Assembly (NCBI GenBank): GCA_043821585.1
Contig: JBDRCQ010000002.1
Span: 133,969 to 197,968, forward strand
Source: an archaeon
Lineage (GTDB): Archaea; Nanobdellota; Nanobdellia; Pacearchaeales; GW2011-AR1
Reading direction: 5' to 3'
DNA length: 64,000 nucleotides
Shown: piece by piece, positions 8,191 through 17,783 of the stretch
How positions within the stretch are numbered: the stretch's first letter is position 1
Layout: each line of letters opens with the position of its first letter
Position numbers and translations under genes: made by a program
The notes under the pieces: generated by a model
Databases searched by the model: none
Told to the model about the DNA's origin: nothing
The model's input: only the letters and a program-made list of their open reading frames with translations

Positions 8191-11064
8191 TTAGTTCAGC
8201 TCAAAGTAAAAGTAAACATTAGACGTTTCTGTTTTGTCGTACTCTCTGAGTTTGACTGGCAGCTGTATTTCATAGTCGTATGTGCCGTGGTCTCCGGGCT
8301 TGCCTTTGTTGAATGGGCTCATGAAAACAAGGTCTTCTTCATCAACTGTGCCGTATTCTGAATCTGTGTCATCGTCGCTGTCCCAGAGTATTCCTGTTTT
8401 GAAGTTGCCGTTTTCTGAGGAGTCTATGATGGGGATGTTGGTTACTGTTTGTTTTCTTATGATGGTGGAGGTGTAGCCTAATGGTGGCCAGCCGCCTGTG
8501 GTGAATGTGTTTGCTACTGAGTCAGTGAAGTTTGTTGTGTTAAGGAGAATATCTATTTCCGTAAAGTCATCTGTTGCGTTGTTTCCAGAGAGATCTTGGC
8601 CTATTGCTTTTAGAGATGCCCAGTTGATGTTACTCTCTGTGTCTGCTACGAAGATGCTTCCTGTCAAAGAGGTCTCGTTCTCCCAGACAGTGACGTTTTC
8701 TATTGAGGAAGAAGCGAGTATTTTAGTTATCGTTGCGTTTCCATAGAAATCCTGCCAGGAGTTTATGTCAATTGAGCGATTCGCTCTGTTGTTTGTTTCG
8801 TTGAGTTCGTTTACTGTGCCGTTTGTTGCTAGAGGAGGGTCTAGGATTACATGAATTGTGTGTGGGCCGATTGTTGTGGTGAAGTTTATCGAGGCAACCG
8901 CTGTTCCTCCAAGCTCTGAAATTAGGAGGGACTGATTTGATCCAATTTGTATACCGTTCGTGTCTGGGTCTCCGTCGAAGAATTGCACCTTAACAGTTCC
9001 CTCTTGGCCGCCGATATTGTAAATTGTTGCGTTTATTGTCATGTTTGTTCCTTCGATAGTTGTTGCGTTATCGAAATCTATGTCTGTGGAGTTTAGAGTG
9101 AAATCTGGGGGGACTATCATATAGAACCATTCGTCTTCTGCTGTAAAGCCCACGTTGTTGATTGTGTCGTTACAGCGGACATTCCATTTTATCCAAGTGT
9201 TTTCTGTGAAACCAGATATTGTAAATGTGTTTTCTCCGCTTGGGTTGTATGCTTTTGTTTCTTCTAACGTGAAGAGGCCTGACTGGTCGTGGAAGATTGA
9301 ACACGAGTCAACTCCAGAGGGGTCTGTCGCCGTGTAATTTACTGTTATTGAGACTCCGAAGTTGGTTGTTCCGTTTTCAGGGAAACCAAGGATCACATCA
9401 GGTGGACGGAAGTCTATTTCAAATTCATAATAACCTGAAAGATTGTTCCCTAAGCCGTCTTGCATGATTGTTCCATTTGGTGATATGAACGCGGCGAATG
9501 CTCTGTAGATTCCTCCCGGATTGGAGTCTGTGTTAAATCCAGAGCCTTCTCCAGGGCCATTCCAGATGTTTGTTAGGTTGAGGGTTTCTCCAGCATTGAT
9601 CTCTCTTCTTTTTCCGGTTGTTGTGTCATTGACGATTGTCTCAAAGTTTTCCCAGTATCCTGATGAATTTGATAAGACCGATAAAAGAAGGTGGCCGCTT
9701 ATCGGTGTTGAGCCAGTATTGTTTATGATTGAAGGATTGTATGCGGTGGATGTGGCGTTTGGCCATTGAACGACTTCACAGTGGAATGTGTGGGAGGGGT
9801 CGCCGTTTCCTTCCTGGCCTCTTTCACAGTAGAAGGTGTCTTCGTCTAAGAGGTAACACGGATATTCTCCTTTAGCGTGGTTGTTTCCTTCCCCATTGTT
9901 GTAGAGTGAATAGGCGCAGAATCCAAGGGTTTTGTTTAAGTCGTCAACAGGATTTGAAAAAGAGGTATCAAACTGTAGGATGTTGCTGATTTCGGCTCCA
10001 GGGACGTGGTGCTCTACTTCTTCATTTCTGCCGCCTGGAAATTCTATAACGTATGCGACACATTCCTGGTTGGATGCTTCTGTAGTTCCTAATCCAGAGG
10101 TTAAGCAAGTTACGCTGCTGGTTCCATCCAAGTAACATTCTATATTTGCATGTTCTATTCCATCTCCGTCTGATTGGCAGCTGTAAATAAGCCAGGACTT
10201 GTCTCTGTTTACTGAGTGGCCGATACCTACTGTTGTTCCGGAATCGAAATGTGTTGATCCCAAATGAACTGGGGTGACGTTGGTTTCGTCGTTGAAACAG
10301 ACGACCTGTGCCTCTACAACTGAAACTCCGCAAGCAGTGTTGTCTCTTTGTAGATTGAGGTTTGTGGTGCTTGTTATATTGGCCATAACTTTTTGTTCTT
10401 CTGAACAAGTGTTAGTGCCAGAGCTTGCTTCTACGTTGTGGCGGGTTGAGACGAAACATTTTTCTTGGTAGTTTGAGGGGAGAGGTACATCACAGGACGC
10501 TAGAGAAACGTCTTCATTGCCGTCTGCGTTGGGCATCGTGTGGGAAATATGGCAGACGTCTATGTTATCTGATTGTAGGACGCTGTATGAATTGATCATT
10601 ATTCCTGTTGTGGATCCACGCTCTGCTGTTAGTTCTGATGAGTAGCCGTTTGAGATTGAGGAGAAGTATACGCGTCCGAGCCTGACATTAGGATCTTCTG
10701 TTGATGCTGCTCTAACTTGCGAGTCTGCTACGATGAATGTTTTGTTTATTTGGTACGTGTTACTTAGAGAATCTGTGCTGCTTGTAACTCCAGAGGTTAC
10801 CATGAATCCCTGTTCTGCTTGGACGTTGAAACTCACTATTGTGTAAGTTGTGTCGGTAATGTTTACTATTTCGTTAGGTATATATGCATTTTTATTTGTT
10901 TTTAGTGCTGTTGTGAGATTTGATTCTGCGAAGAAGTTTCCCATTGTGAGAGTTTGATTTGAGAAACCCGCGGTGTTGTTTGCCCAAATTGTGTAGTTGT
11001 AAGTTCCTTGGTACCAAGTTTGGGTAAAGTTATACTCGAATTGGCTGCCCCCTATTGGAGTCAT
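8191..11064 (-). CDS. giant NxS/T-rich surface (adhesin-like) protein with CARDB-like domain and conserved C-terminal module; N-terminus missing
   Basis: 957-aa ORF from the first ATG. It has a CARDB-like segment (…IYNIGGQEGTVKVQFFDGDP…NELNETNNRANRSIDI). Its C-terminal roughly 190 aa is paralogous to the end of the 11363-17473 protein. No signal peptide is present. Confidence 0.8.
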   Translation of the reverse strand: MTPIGGSQFEYNFTQTWYQGTYNYTIWANNTAGFSNQTLTMGNFFAESNLTTALKTNKNAYIPNEIVNITDTTYTIVSFNVQAEQGFMVTSGVTSSTDSLSNTYQINKTFIVADSQVRAASTEDPNVRLGRVYFSSISNGYSSELTAERGSTTGIMINSYSVLQSDNIDVCHISHTMPNADGNEDVSLASCDVPLPSNYQEKCFVSTRHNVEASSGTNTCSEEQKVMANITSTTNLNLQRDNTACGVSVVEAQVVCFNDETNVTPVHLGSTHFDSGTTVGIGHSVNRDKSWLIYSCQSDGDGIEHANIECYLDGTSSVTCLTSGLGTTEASNQECVAYVIEFPGGRNEEVEHHVPGAEISNILQFDTSFSNPVDDLNKTLGFCAYSLYNNGEGNNHAKGEYPCYLLDEDTFYCERGQEGNGDPSHTFHCEVVQWPNATSTAYNPSIINNTGSTPISGHLLLSVLSNSSGYWENFETIVNDTTTGKRREINAGETLNLTNIWNGPGEGSGFNTDSNPGGIYRAFAAFISPNGTIMQDGLGNNLSGYYEFEIDFRPPDVILGFPENGTTNFGVSITVNYTATDPSGVDSCSIFHDQSGLFTLEETKAYNPSGENTFTISGFTENTWIKWNVRCNDTINNVGFTAEDEWFYMIVPPDFTLNSTDIDFDNATTIEGTNMTINATIYNIGGQEGTVKVQFFDGDPDTNGIQIGSNQSLLISELGGTAVASINFTTTIGPHTIHVILDPPLATNGTVNELNETNNRANRSIDINSWQDFYGNATITKILASSSIENVTVWENETSLTGSIFVADTESNINWASLKAIGQDLSGNNATDDFTEIDILLNTTNFTDSVANTFTTGGWPPLGYTSTIIRKQTVTNIPIIDSSENGNFKTGILWDSDDDTDSEYGTVDEEDLVFMSPFNKGKPGDHGTYDYEIQLPVKLREYDKTETSNVYFYFELN

Positions 11065-11490
11065 TGTTTCTAGGAAGTTTTCGCCTAGCGGGGTGGTTAT
11101 ATTGGCTATTGCTGTGTCTATTGCACTTGTGGATGTTATTGTCGCATTTATAGATATGTTGTAACCATAACCGGTTGAAGAAGGGTAGTTATCTTGGAAG
11201 ATTGTTAGGACGTCTGTAACCGTTATGTTTGTGATATTTGAGCTTTGAAGTACGTAATCTGCGTTGTTGCCATTGAATGTTACATTTGTGGGGAAGGAGT
11301 TTATTCCTACTGGAGCATCTGTTGGAATTGTATAATTTATGGTTGCATAACCGGTTGCGTTTGTGATTGCTGAGAGGTTTTCTTGGAAGGTTATGTTTTG
11401 GTTAGGTATAGCTGAACTGTTGTCATATTCTAGCCTTGCCGTGATTGTTATGGGTTCGTTTCTTAAAGGATTTGATTGGTTGAACCAGAC
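11065..11490 (-). other. start-less upstream continuation of the 8191-11064 reading frame (142 codons of Ig-like-domain coding sequence)
   Basis: The same frame stays open up to the stop at 11491-11493. It translates to domain-like sequence (…ITARLEYDNSSAIPNQNITFQENLSAITNATGYATINYTIPTDAPVG…). It contains no in-frame ATG, GTG or TTG. Confidence 0.7.
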
Positions 11491-14400
11491 TTATCAGGTT
11501 ATGGCAAATCAGGGAAGCTTTGTTGCTTTTGGAAACGAGGAGAAAGGTAAGGCTGGAGCTATTCCAATGATTGTCGGTGAAGAACCGTTTTATACAATTT
11601 CTCAGAACCCTCGGGATCATATCAACTCGACTTGTTTGTCTGATTTGAAACCAGGGATGAGTTGTGATGTTAGTTGGAGTGTGAATGCCACTGGAGAAAT
11701 TAATTCAGTGTGGGAATTCTATGTGATAGCAAATACTACAAACTACACTAATTGGTTTTCTTCAGACAGCGAGTCTAGGAGAATTAATATTACAATTGTT
11801 AATCAACTTGCTCCGAGCGTTCCTCAACTTAATGCTCCTCAGAACGGTTCTGCTTCGGCTACGGTTCTTGAATTTAACTGGACTAATTCTACTGATGTGA
11901 ATAGTGATCCAATTTATTATGTTCTTCAGGTTAGCAATGTGTCAAACTTTTCTAGTTTGGTTTATTTCAATGGATCTATCCCTGAGACGGGGAGCCCAAC
12001 TGGAGATACGCCTGTCTTGCCTTCTTTTGGAACCTACTATTGGAGGGTTTTGGCAACAGATTTAATGGCCAATTCTTCATGGAGCCAGACTTGGACATTT
12101 TATTACGATGTTTCTGCACCTAATTTGACTTTTATTAATCAATCAGGGGAGGACAATGAAATAGTTGATGAATCTCATCCGCTTGATGAGGGAGAGAACA
12201 TGACGGTTTATGTGGAGGTTGATGATATTAACGTGGACAGCGTTTGGATTGTGGTTTGGGAGACCGTGAAAGGCGGGGCTGAGAAGGCAAAGATATTCTT
12301 TACATATGTGGGAGGGTTGTTGTGGAAGGCAGTCATTCCAACAGATTACTCTTGGGAGGGATTGGTTTATGATTATACTATTTATGCTAACGACACCCTG
12401 AATGAAACTGTTGAGTATGATGGGAACTTCACTATGCTACATGGCGATATAACTCTTGATTTAAGTCCAAATCCAGTTACGGAAACAACTGGGGTTATGG
12501 CTTTTGGACATCTTAATTTGACTAACGGGTCTGTTCTAGGGAGTTACCCTATAAACTTGTGGCTAAATGGAACGCTGTTGTTGTTTTCTAATTTGACAGC
12601 TAATGGGGCCTATGACAATTATCTTAATTTCAGCGATACTTCGAACTCTGAATTTGATGAAGGGGCTTACTTCCAGACTGAAAGCGATTGGCAGAATTTG
12701 ACGCTTGCTTCGGGTAATACTTCTGGCAACTTCACAAGAATCTTTGATGCTGGAGCGCGTGTTGAATGGGATAACATTTGGTGGTCTTCTGCGGGACATG
12801 CTTGTTCTGCAGTAGTATCATTTCAAGAAGGAGATTCTAATGGTTATTCGGGTACAGAAGATACTTATGTAGACAGCGGGGTTTCCTCGAGTAATTTTGG
12901 CTCGGCAGATGCAATTGTTGTTGATGGTTCTCCCGACAATGAAAATGGTCTTGTAATGTTCAGTAGAATCTTAGGAACAGGGTTTAATCAGATTCCTAGG
13001 AACTCAACGATAAGCGCGGCTAATGTAACGTTTGAAGTTTATGATCCGGGAAACCTTGTCGCGGTTTATGAGATTCTAGAAAACTGGACTGAAAGCCAGG
13101 CCACTCATGACAATAGGCTTACTGGAATTGCTTGGAGTTCTGACGGCTGCGAAGACGCTCCTTCAAGATCAACGACTTATGAAGATACATTCACAGCGGG
13201 AGTGGTTGGCGCGTATACAGCTGATATAACCAATGCCGCAAGGCGCTGGGTCAACGGAACCTCTAACAATTATGGTATTGTTCTTGATTTAACTACTAGT
13301 AACGGTATTAATATTCGTAGTAGCGAGTATTCTACTCAAGATGAAAGGCCTATTTTGACAGTTGGATACAGTTCGGATGACTGTACTGGTGTAGATGTCT
13401 ATGTTCGAACATCTAATGATAGGGTCTCCTGGAGCGCGTGGAAGAAGGTTTCTAATGGTGAAGGTATTAACGATACCAATTTGGCCAGTCGGTATCTTGA
13501 GTATAAAGTTGAGCTGACATCAACAGATCCTTCATTTACACCTTACTTACAAGAGTTTAGCGTTAATTATACTGCTGTTGTAACAGATACAAGCGGAGAT
13601 TATAGTTACAACTTTACTAACCCTTCGGCATACGCTGATTACGAATTTGTTGTTTCATCAGGATTAAGGACTATTGTGATAAATAATACGAAAACTTTGT
13701 CAGTTCAAACAGGCGTTGCTCCAGAAGTGGCTTTATTGTATCCTTCTGACGGACAGTGGTTTGCTTATGGAAACTTAACTTTCATTTACAATGCTACAGA
13801 CATAAACGATGACATGATTAATTCTACTCTGATTATAAATGGGTTGATTAATGCGACTAATTCCAGCGAAATCTTAAATGGGCTGAATAATAGTTTCTTT
13901 GCTAATTTTACTGGTGGTCAGTATAACTGGACGGTGAATGTCACTGATAGTTCGGGATTTGTATCTACTGATGCCTTGCGGAGTTTTTACGTTGATTTGG
14001 AAAATCCCGTTATTGAGCTAGTCTTCCCGCCAAATGGGACTTCTTATGTTCTTAATGAATTGAACCTCACGTTTAAGGCTACAGATAATCTTGATGATGT
14101 TTTGATGTGTGATGTCTTTCTTGGGGAAGATGCTATACATGATGATGTTCCTGTCGTTAATGGCGTGGAGACCAATTTCTCTTCCGGAGCGCTTACATCT
14201 GGTTGGTATTCTTGGTATGTCACTTGCGTAGACGAGGTGGGGAGAAGCAATATTAGTTCTATTGATTGGTTTTTGATAAATGACACCTTCCCAGAGGTTA
14301 CGCTTGTTTGGCCAGAAGAGAACTATTTTGATGGCGATGGAAATATTTCTTTTGTCTTTAACGCAACAGATAATTCTGGATTTTTAAACTGCAGTCTGAT

Positions 14401-17400
14401 AATTAATGATAGTTTTTATTCGCTTAATCAAACTTCTATAAACAATGGGCAGAATAGCACAATCAATGCTACGGGTCTTGGGGAGGGGAATCACAATTGG
14501 ACAGTAGAATGTTTTGATTTAAGTGCAGGTTCCGATAAAGCATCGGCTAGGAACTTTAGTGTGGATCTTTACTTTCCTACAATTTCACTTAACAGTCCTG
14601 AGAACTATGGGAATGTTAGCTCCGCTGACGTTAAGTTTAACTTTACTGCTAATGATACATTTGACTCTTTGTTAGACTGTAATTTAACAGTCGATAACGT
14701 GGTTAGAGATACATTCACAGCTAGCTCTGGCGTTGAAACAAGCAAGCAGGTGGATGACTTCACCGATGGTGAAAAGGTTTGGTATGTGACTTGTTGGGAT
14801 GGTGCGGGGCATACTAATTTGAGCTCTCTTTGGAGAGTAAACGTTCTTGAGCCTCCGACGGTTATTTTGAACACTGATAACGAAACCTCTTTTGATACTT
14901 CCGACTTCAATTTGAGTTATACGCCAAGTGATAATACAAACCTTAGTTCTTGTGATTTGTACATTGATGGCGCGTTCAATCAGACAAATGACACTGAAAT
15001 TATAAATGGCGTTCAACGGAATTTCACGGTTTTGGGAATGTCTGCTGGCCAGCATATGTGGTTTGTTAATTGTACTGACATGATGAATCTGACTAATATT
15101 TCTGAGACGCGCGTATTTGCTGTGGATACTTTTGGACCAAATATCACTCTTCATTATCCAGATGGTCATGAAATCGGAACCGACAATGTAACGTTTAACT
15201 TTACAGCAGTGGATGATACAGACAGCTCTTTTGTTTGTAATCTCACCGTCGATACTAGCATTGTGCGGGGAAGTTTTGTGGTAGACAATGGCACTGTTAC
15301 GAACGTAACAGTGGCCGACATAACTGATGGCTACCATGTGTGGTTTGTTAATTGTACAGATAGTGCTAGTAATACTGAGGGAAGTGCTATATTTAATTTC
15401 ACCAAGTCTACCCCTCCACAAGTCTCTTTAATTGCCCCTCCTGATGGATATTGGTTTAACGCTTTGCCGTTTAATCTGACTTATTTGCCTTCGGATGATG
15501 AGGGCTTCTTTGGGGCTGTGCTTTATATAAACGAGGAGTTCAATATGACAAACTCTACTGAAATTTTGGAGTTTGAGAATAATACGTTTGAAATATCCAG
15601 TTTTATGGAAGGGGCCTATAATTGGACAGTTAAGGTAACAGACGTTAGGGGACTTAATGATACTGCTTCCCCTAATTGGACATTTTATTTAGACACTACG
15701 CCTCCGCAACTTGTCTTGAACTATCCTAATGCCTCTGCTAATCTGTCTAATAACAATGTGACTTTTAATTTCACAGTTTCTGATAACTTAGACTTGAGCC
15801 TTGAGTGCAATCTGTATCTTGATGGGGAAGTGGATTATTCGGACAACTTTACGAGCGATTCTGATGTGGTCCATTATGCTCTTGTTGGTGACGGGTTGCA
15901 CTTCTGGAATGTTACTTGCGTGGATGAGGCTTCTAATTTCAATGTTAGCGAGATCATTAATTTTACTATTGAAGCGCCTCCGAACGTTACATTGGTTTCA
16001 CCAAATAACGGAGCTTACATAAATTATACAGATACGGTTTTTGTTTATCTACCAGAAGATCCTATTGGAATAACTAATTGTTCGATTTATATAGATGGTG
16101 TCTTTAATGATACGGACACTTCTGTGACTGCAAATGAAAACAATAATTTTACTGTTTCCAATATCCTTGAGGGTTATCACAATTGGACCGTCGAGTGTGT
16201 TGACGCAATTCCAGATTATAACTTATATAGGGCGCCTGTTTGGAATCTTACAATGGACAGAACCTCTCCAAACATCACCTTGAGTTCTCCAGGTGATGGG
16301 GAAAATGTTTTGGGGGCCCCAACGTTTAACTTTAGTGTCGAGGATAATTATGACGATCAAATGGATTGTGGAATCTACATAGACGGTGTCTTTAATGTTT
16401 CTACTAGCGTGAATAATGGTTCTTCTACTTCACAAACTATTTCAGGTCTTGATCTGGGGGACCATAGTTGGAATGTTTCGTGCGTTGATAATGCAAGTAA
16501 TTTAGGTTGGTCTGCGACTTGGAGCTTTAACGTTACCTTCTCTGATTTGTATGTAAATGAAAGTAGCCTCGTGTTTAATGATTCATCCCCTACAGAAAAT
16601 CAGACAATTCAAATAAATGCCACGGTTTATAATCTTGCTTCGGTGGGAATTTATAATGTTACAGTTAGTTTTTATGATGGTCACCCTTCGAGCGGAGGTG
16701 CTCAAATCGGAACCAATCAGACAATTAATTATATCGGAAGTCTGAGTCAGGAAGTTGCGACTGTTGAATGGAATGCAGATCTGGGCACTTCAGTAATTTT
16801 TGTGTTTGTTGATCCTCCTACGGAATCTAATGGGAGCATCGAGGAATGGGACGAGACCAACAATGAGGCAAATAAGTCAATTTCTGTTGGGGGTTGGCAT
16901 TTTGTTGTTGGCGATATTTCTGCACTTAGCGAATTTGATTTGGCAGAGGGAATTACTAACAAGAGTGTTAAAAGATGGACTGCAGTAAATTATGAAAGTG
17001 GGAATCTTTACGTTGCGGATGAGGATTCTTCGGTTTCCTGGACTACATTGCAAGCGCTGGGTAAGGATTCTAGCGATGCTGACGCTTCAAACGACTTTGA
17101 TGATATTGATAATTTATTGAGCATGACTGGTTTTGCAGATTCTGTCTCGAATCTTTATTTGAATAGCACGGGAGATATATCCCAATTAGATACTTATGTG
17201 ATCTTCAAAGGAAGTGTTGACGAAGTTCCTATTACAAATTCTACCAACAATACTAACTTCTTTACAGGGATCTTGTGGGACTTTAGTGATGATGTTGGCG
17301 ACGGGGAATATAGCATTGACGACGTGGAGGACCTAGTTTTCGTAACAGAGATACAAAAAGATCTAACCGGGGCTTATGGGGTTTATGATTATGAACTGAG

Positions 17401-17473
17401 GATTCCTGCAACCTTGAGAGAATACAAGGTTGCGGGGTCGCGTGAAGTTGTTCTTTACGCAGAATTGAGGTGA
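11363..17473 (+). CDS. giant NxS/T-rich surface (adhesin-like) protein: N-terminal NP..C..L..G.SC..W.VNATG domain, DNRLRE-like domain, 10 Ig-like modules, CARDB-like domain, conserved C-terminal module
   Basis: 2036-aa uninterrupted ORF. Candidate starts are GTG 11363, ATG 11393 (hydrophobic MFWLGIAELLSYSSLAVIVMGSFL) and ATG 11501. The motif ATHDNRLTG lies at about 13100. The CARDB-like segment (…EEWDETNNEANKSISV) lies at about 16540-16895. Confidence 0.85.
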   Translation: MIAERFSWKVMFWLGIAELLSYSSLAVIVMGSFLKGFDWLNQTYQVMANQGSFVAFGNEEKGKAGAIPMIVGEEPFYTISQNPRDHINSTCLSDLKPGMSCDVSWSVNATGEINSVWEFYVIANTTNYTNWFSSDSESRRINITIVNQLAPSVPQLNAPQNGSASATVLEFNWTNSTDVNSDPIYYVLQVSNVSNFSSLVYFNGSIPETGSPTGDTPVLPSFGTYYWRVLATDLMANSSWSQTWTFYYDVSAPNLTFINQSGEDNEIVDESHPLDEGENMTVYVEVDDINVDSVWIVVWETVKGGAEKAKIFFTYVGGLLWKAVIPTDYSWEGLVYDYTIYANDTLNETVEYDGNFTMLHGDITLDLSPNPVTETTGVMAFGHLNLTNGSVLGSYPINLWLNGTLLLFSNLTANGAYDNYLNFSDTSNSEFDEGAYFQTESDWQNLTLASGNTSGNFTRIFDAGARVEWDNIWWSSAGHACSAVVSFQEGDSNGYSGTEDTYVDSGVSSSNFGSADAIVVDGSPDNENGLVMFSRILGTGFNQIPRNSTISAANVTFEVYDPGNLVAVYEILENWTESQATHDNRLTGIAWSSDGCEDAPSRSTTYEDTFTAGVVGAYTADITNAARRWVNGTSNNYGIVLDLTTSNGINIRSSEYSTQDERPILTVGYSSDDCTGVDVYVRTSNDRVSWSAWKKVSNGEGINDTNLASRYLEYKVELTSTDPSFTPYLQEFSVNYTAVVTDTSGDYSYNFTNPSAYADYEFVVSSGLRTIVINNTKTLSVQTGVAPEVALLYPSDGQWFAYGNLTFIYNATDINDDMINSTLIINGLINATNSSEILNGLNNSFFANFTGGQYNWTVNVTDSSGFVSTDALRSFYVDLENPVIELVFPPNGTSYVLNELNLTFKATDNLDDVLMCDVFLGEDAIHDDVPVVNGVETNFSSGALTSGWYSWYVTCVDEVGRSNISSIDWFLINDTFPEVTLVWPEENYFDGDGNISFVFNATDNSGFLNCSLIINDSFYSLNQTSINNGQNSTINATGLGEGNHNWTVECFDLSAGSDKASARNFSVDLYFPTISLNSPENYGNVSSADVKFNFTANDTFDSLLDCNLTVDNVVRDTFTASSGVETSKQVDDFTDGEKVWYVTCWDGAGHTNLSSLWRVNVLEPPTVILNTDNETSFDTSDFNLSYTPSDNTNLSSCDLYIDGAFNQTNDTEIINGVQRNFTVLGMSAGQHMWFVNCTDMMNLTNISETRVFAVDTFGPNITLHYPDGHEIGTDNVTFNFTAVDDTDSSFVCNLTVDTSIVRGSFVVDNGTVTNVTVADITDGYHVWFVNCTDSASNTEGSAIFNFTKSTPPQVSLIAPPDGYWFNALPFNLTYLPSDDEGFFGAVLYINEEFNMTNSTEILEFENNTFEISSFMEGAYNWTVKVTDVRGLNDTASPNWTFYLDTTPPQLVLNYPNASANLSNNNVTFNFTVSDNLDLSLECNLYLDGEVDYSDNFTSDSDVVHYALVGDGLHFWNVTCVDEASNFNVSEIINFTIEAPPNVTLVSPNNGAYINYTDTVFVYLPEDPIGITNCSIYIDGVFNDTDTSVTANENNNFTVSNILEGYHNWTVECVDAIPDYNLYRAPVWNLTMDRTSPNITLSSPGDGENVLGAPTFNFSVEDNYDDQMDCGIYIDGVFNVSTSVNNGSSTSQTISGLDLGDHSWNVSCVDNASNLGWSATWSFNVTFSDLYVNESSLVFNDSSPTENQTIQINATVYNLASVGIYNVTVSFYDGHPSSGGAQIGTNQTINYIGSLSQEVATVEWNADLGTSVIFVFVDPPTESNGSIEEWDETNNEANKSISVGGWHFVVGDISALSEFDLAEGITNKSVKRWTAVNYESGNLYVADEDSSVSWTTLQALGKDSSDADASNDFDDIDNLLSMTGFADSVSNLYLNSTGDISQLDTYVIFKGSVDEVPITNSTNNTNFFTGILWDFSDDVGDGEYSIDDVEDLVFVTEIQKDLTGAYGVYDYELRIPATLREYKVAGSREVVLYAELR
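13715..16540 (+). repeat. tandem array of ~10 coding repeats (~283 nt / ~94 aa Ig-like modules, two alternating subtypes)
   Basis: Module boundaries with a P-rich linker recur at about 13720, 13995, 14283, 14565, 14845, 15125, 15410, 15695, 15970 and 16258 (e.g. APEVALLYP, ENPVIELVFP, FPEVTLVWP). Conserved internal motifs are W.V.C.D and NF(T/S)A.D. Confidence 0.75.
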
Positions 17474-17493
17474 TTTTGTCTTCGGTAATTTTT

Positions 17494-17538
17494 GTTTCTT
17501 AGAAACATTTAAATAGTGTATATACATCTGTATATACA
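17494..17538 (+). promoter_or_regulatory. promoter (GAAACATTTAAATA) flanked by palindromes: GTTTCTTAGAAAC and two copies of the 10-bp palindrome TGTATATACA
   Basis: TGTATATACA occurs at 17517-17526 and 17529-17538, 2 bp apart, ending 1 nt before ATG 17540. The TATA/BRE 14-mer is identical to the one at 1382-1395. Confidence 0.45.
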
Positions 17539-17539
17539 G

Positions 17540-17746
17540 ATGGAACAAAAAGAAATCAAGAAAGACTTCGAAAAAATTGCAAGGCAGATACAAGGGCTGA
17601 GCAAAGAAATTGAAAGGGTTGTTCCTTATGCGATCATCAAAGATACAACTGTCTTTGGGAATTCATCTCATGTTGTTCTTTCTAGGAACTTTTTGGATAA
17701 AAGAGTTGGCGTAATCATTCTTGGGGATAGGGGGGCAGACAAATGA
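17540..17746 (+). CDS. small AbrB/SpoVT-like (DUF2080-like) protein
   Basis: 68 aa counted from ATG 17540. The C-terminal segment TVFGNSSHVVLSRNFLDKRVGVIIL resembles the swapped-hairpin K.V..FGnS..V.lP...vGk.V.V pattern. Confidence 0.4.
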   Translation: MEQKEIKKDFEKIARQIQGLSKEIERVVPYAIIKDTTVFGNSSHVVLSRNFLDKRVGVIILGDRGADK

Positions 17747-17783
17747 TTTATTTTAATGAAATAACTGCAAGGAGGTGTTTGAA

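Noticed and set aside
14684-15421. Long antisense ORFs in the track (14684-15421, 44284-45072, 59848-60450, 43282-43917, 27823-28248 and others)
   Set aside because: Each lies entirely opposite a gene with strong motif support: the giant repeat protein, gap, tpiA, Lrp and pgk. Their composition is low-complexity or biased, and they show no motifs. They are typical shadow ORFs.
13715-16540. CRISPR array or non-coding tandem repeat suggested by the ~283-nt periodicity
   Set aside because: The periodicity lies inside a single uninterrupted ORF and corresponds to diverged ~94-aa Ig-like protein modules. There are no short identical direct repeats with unique spacers anywhere in the window.
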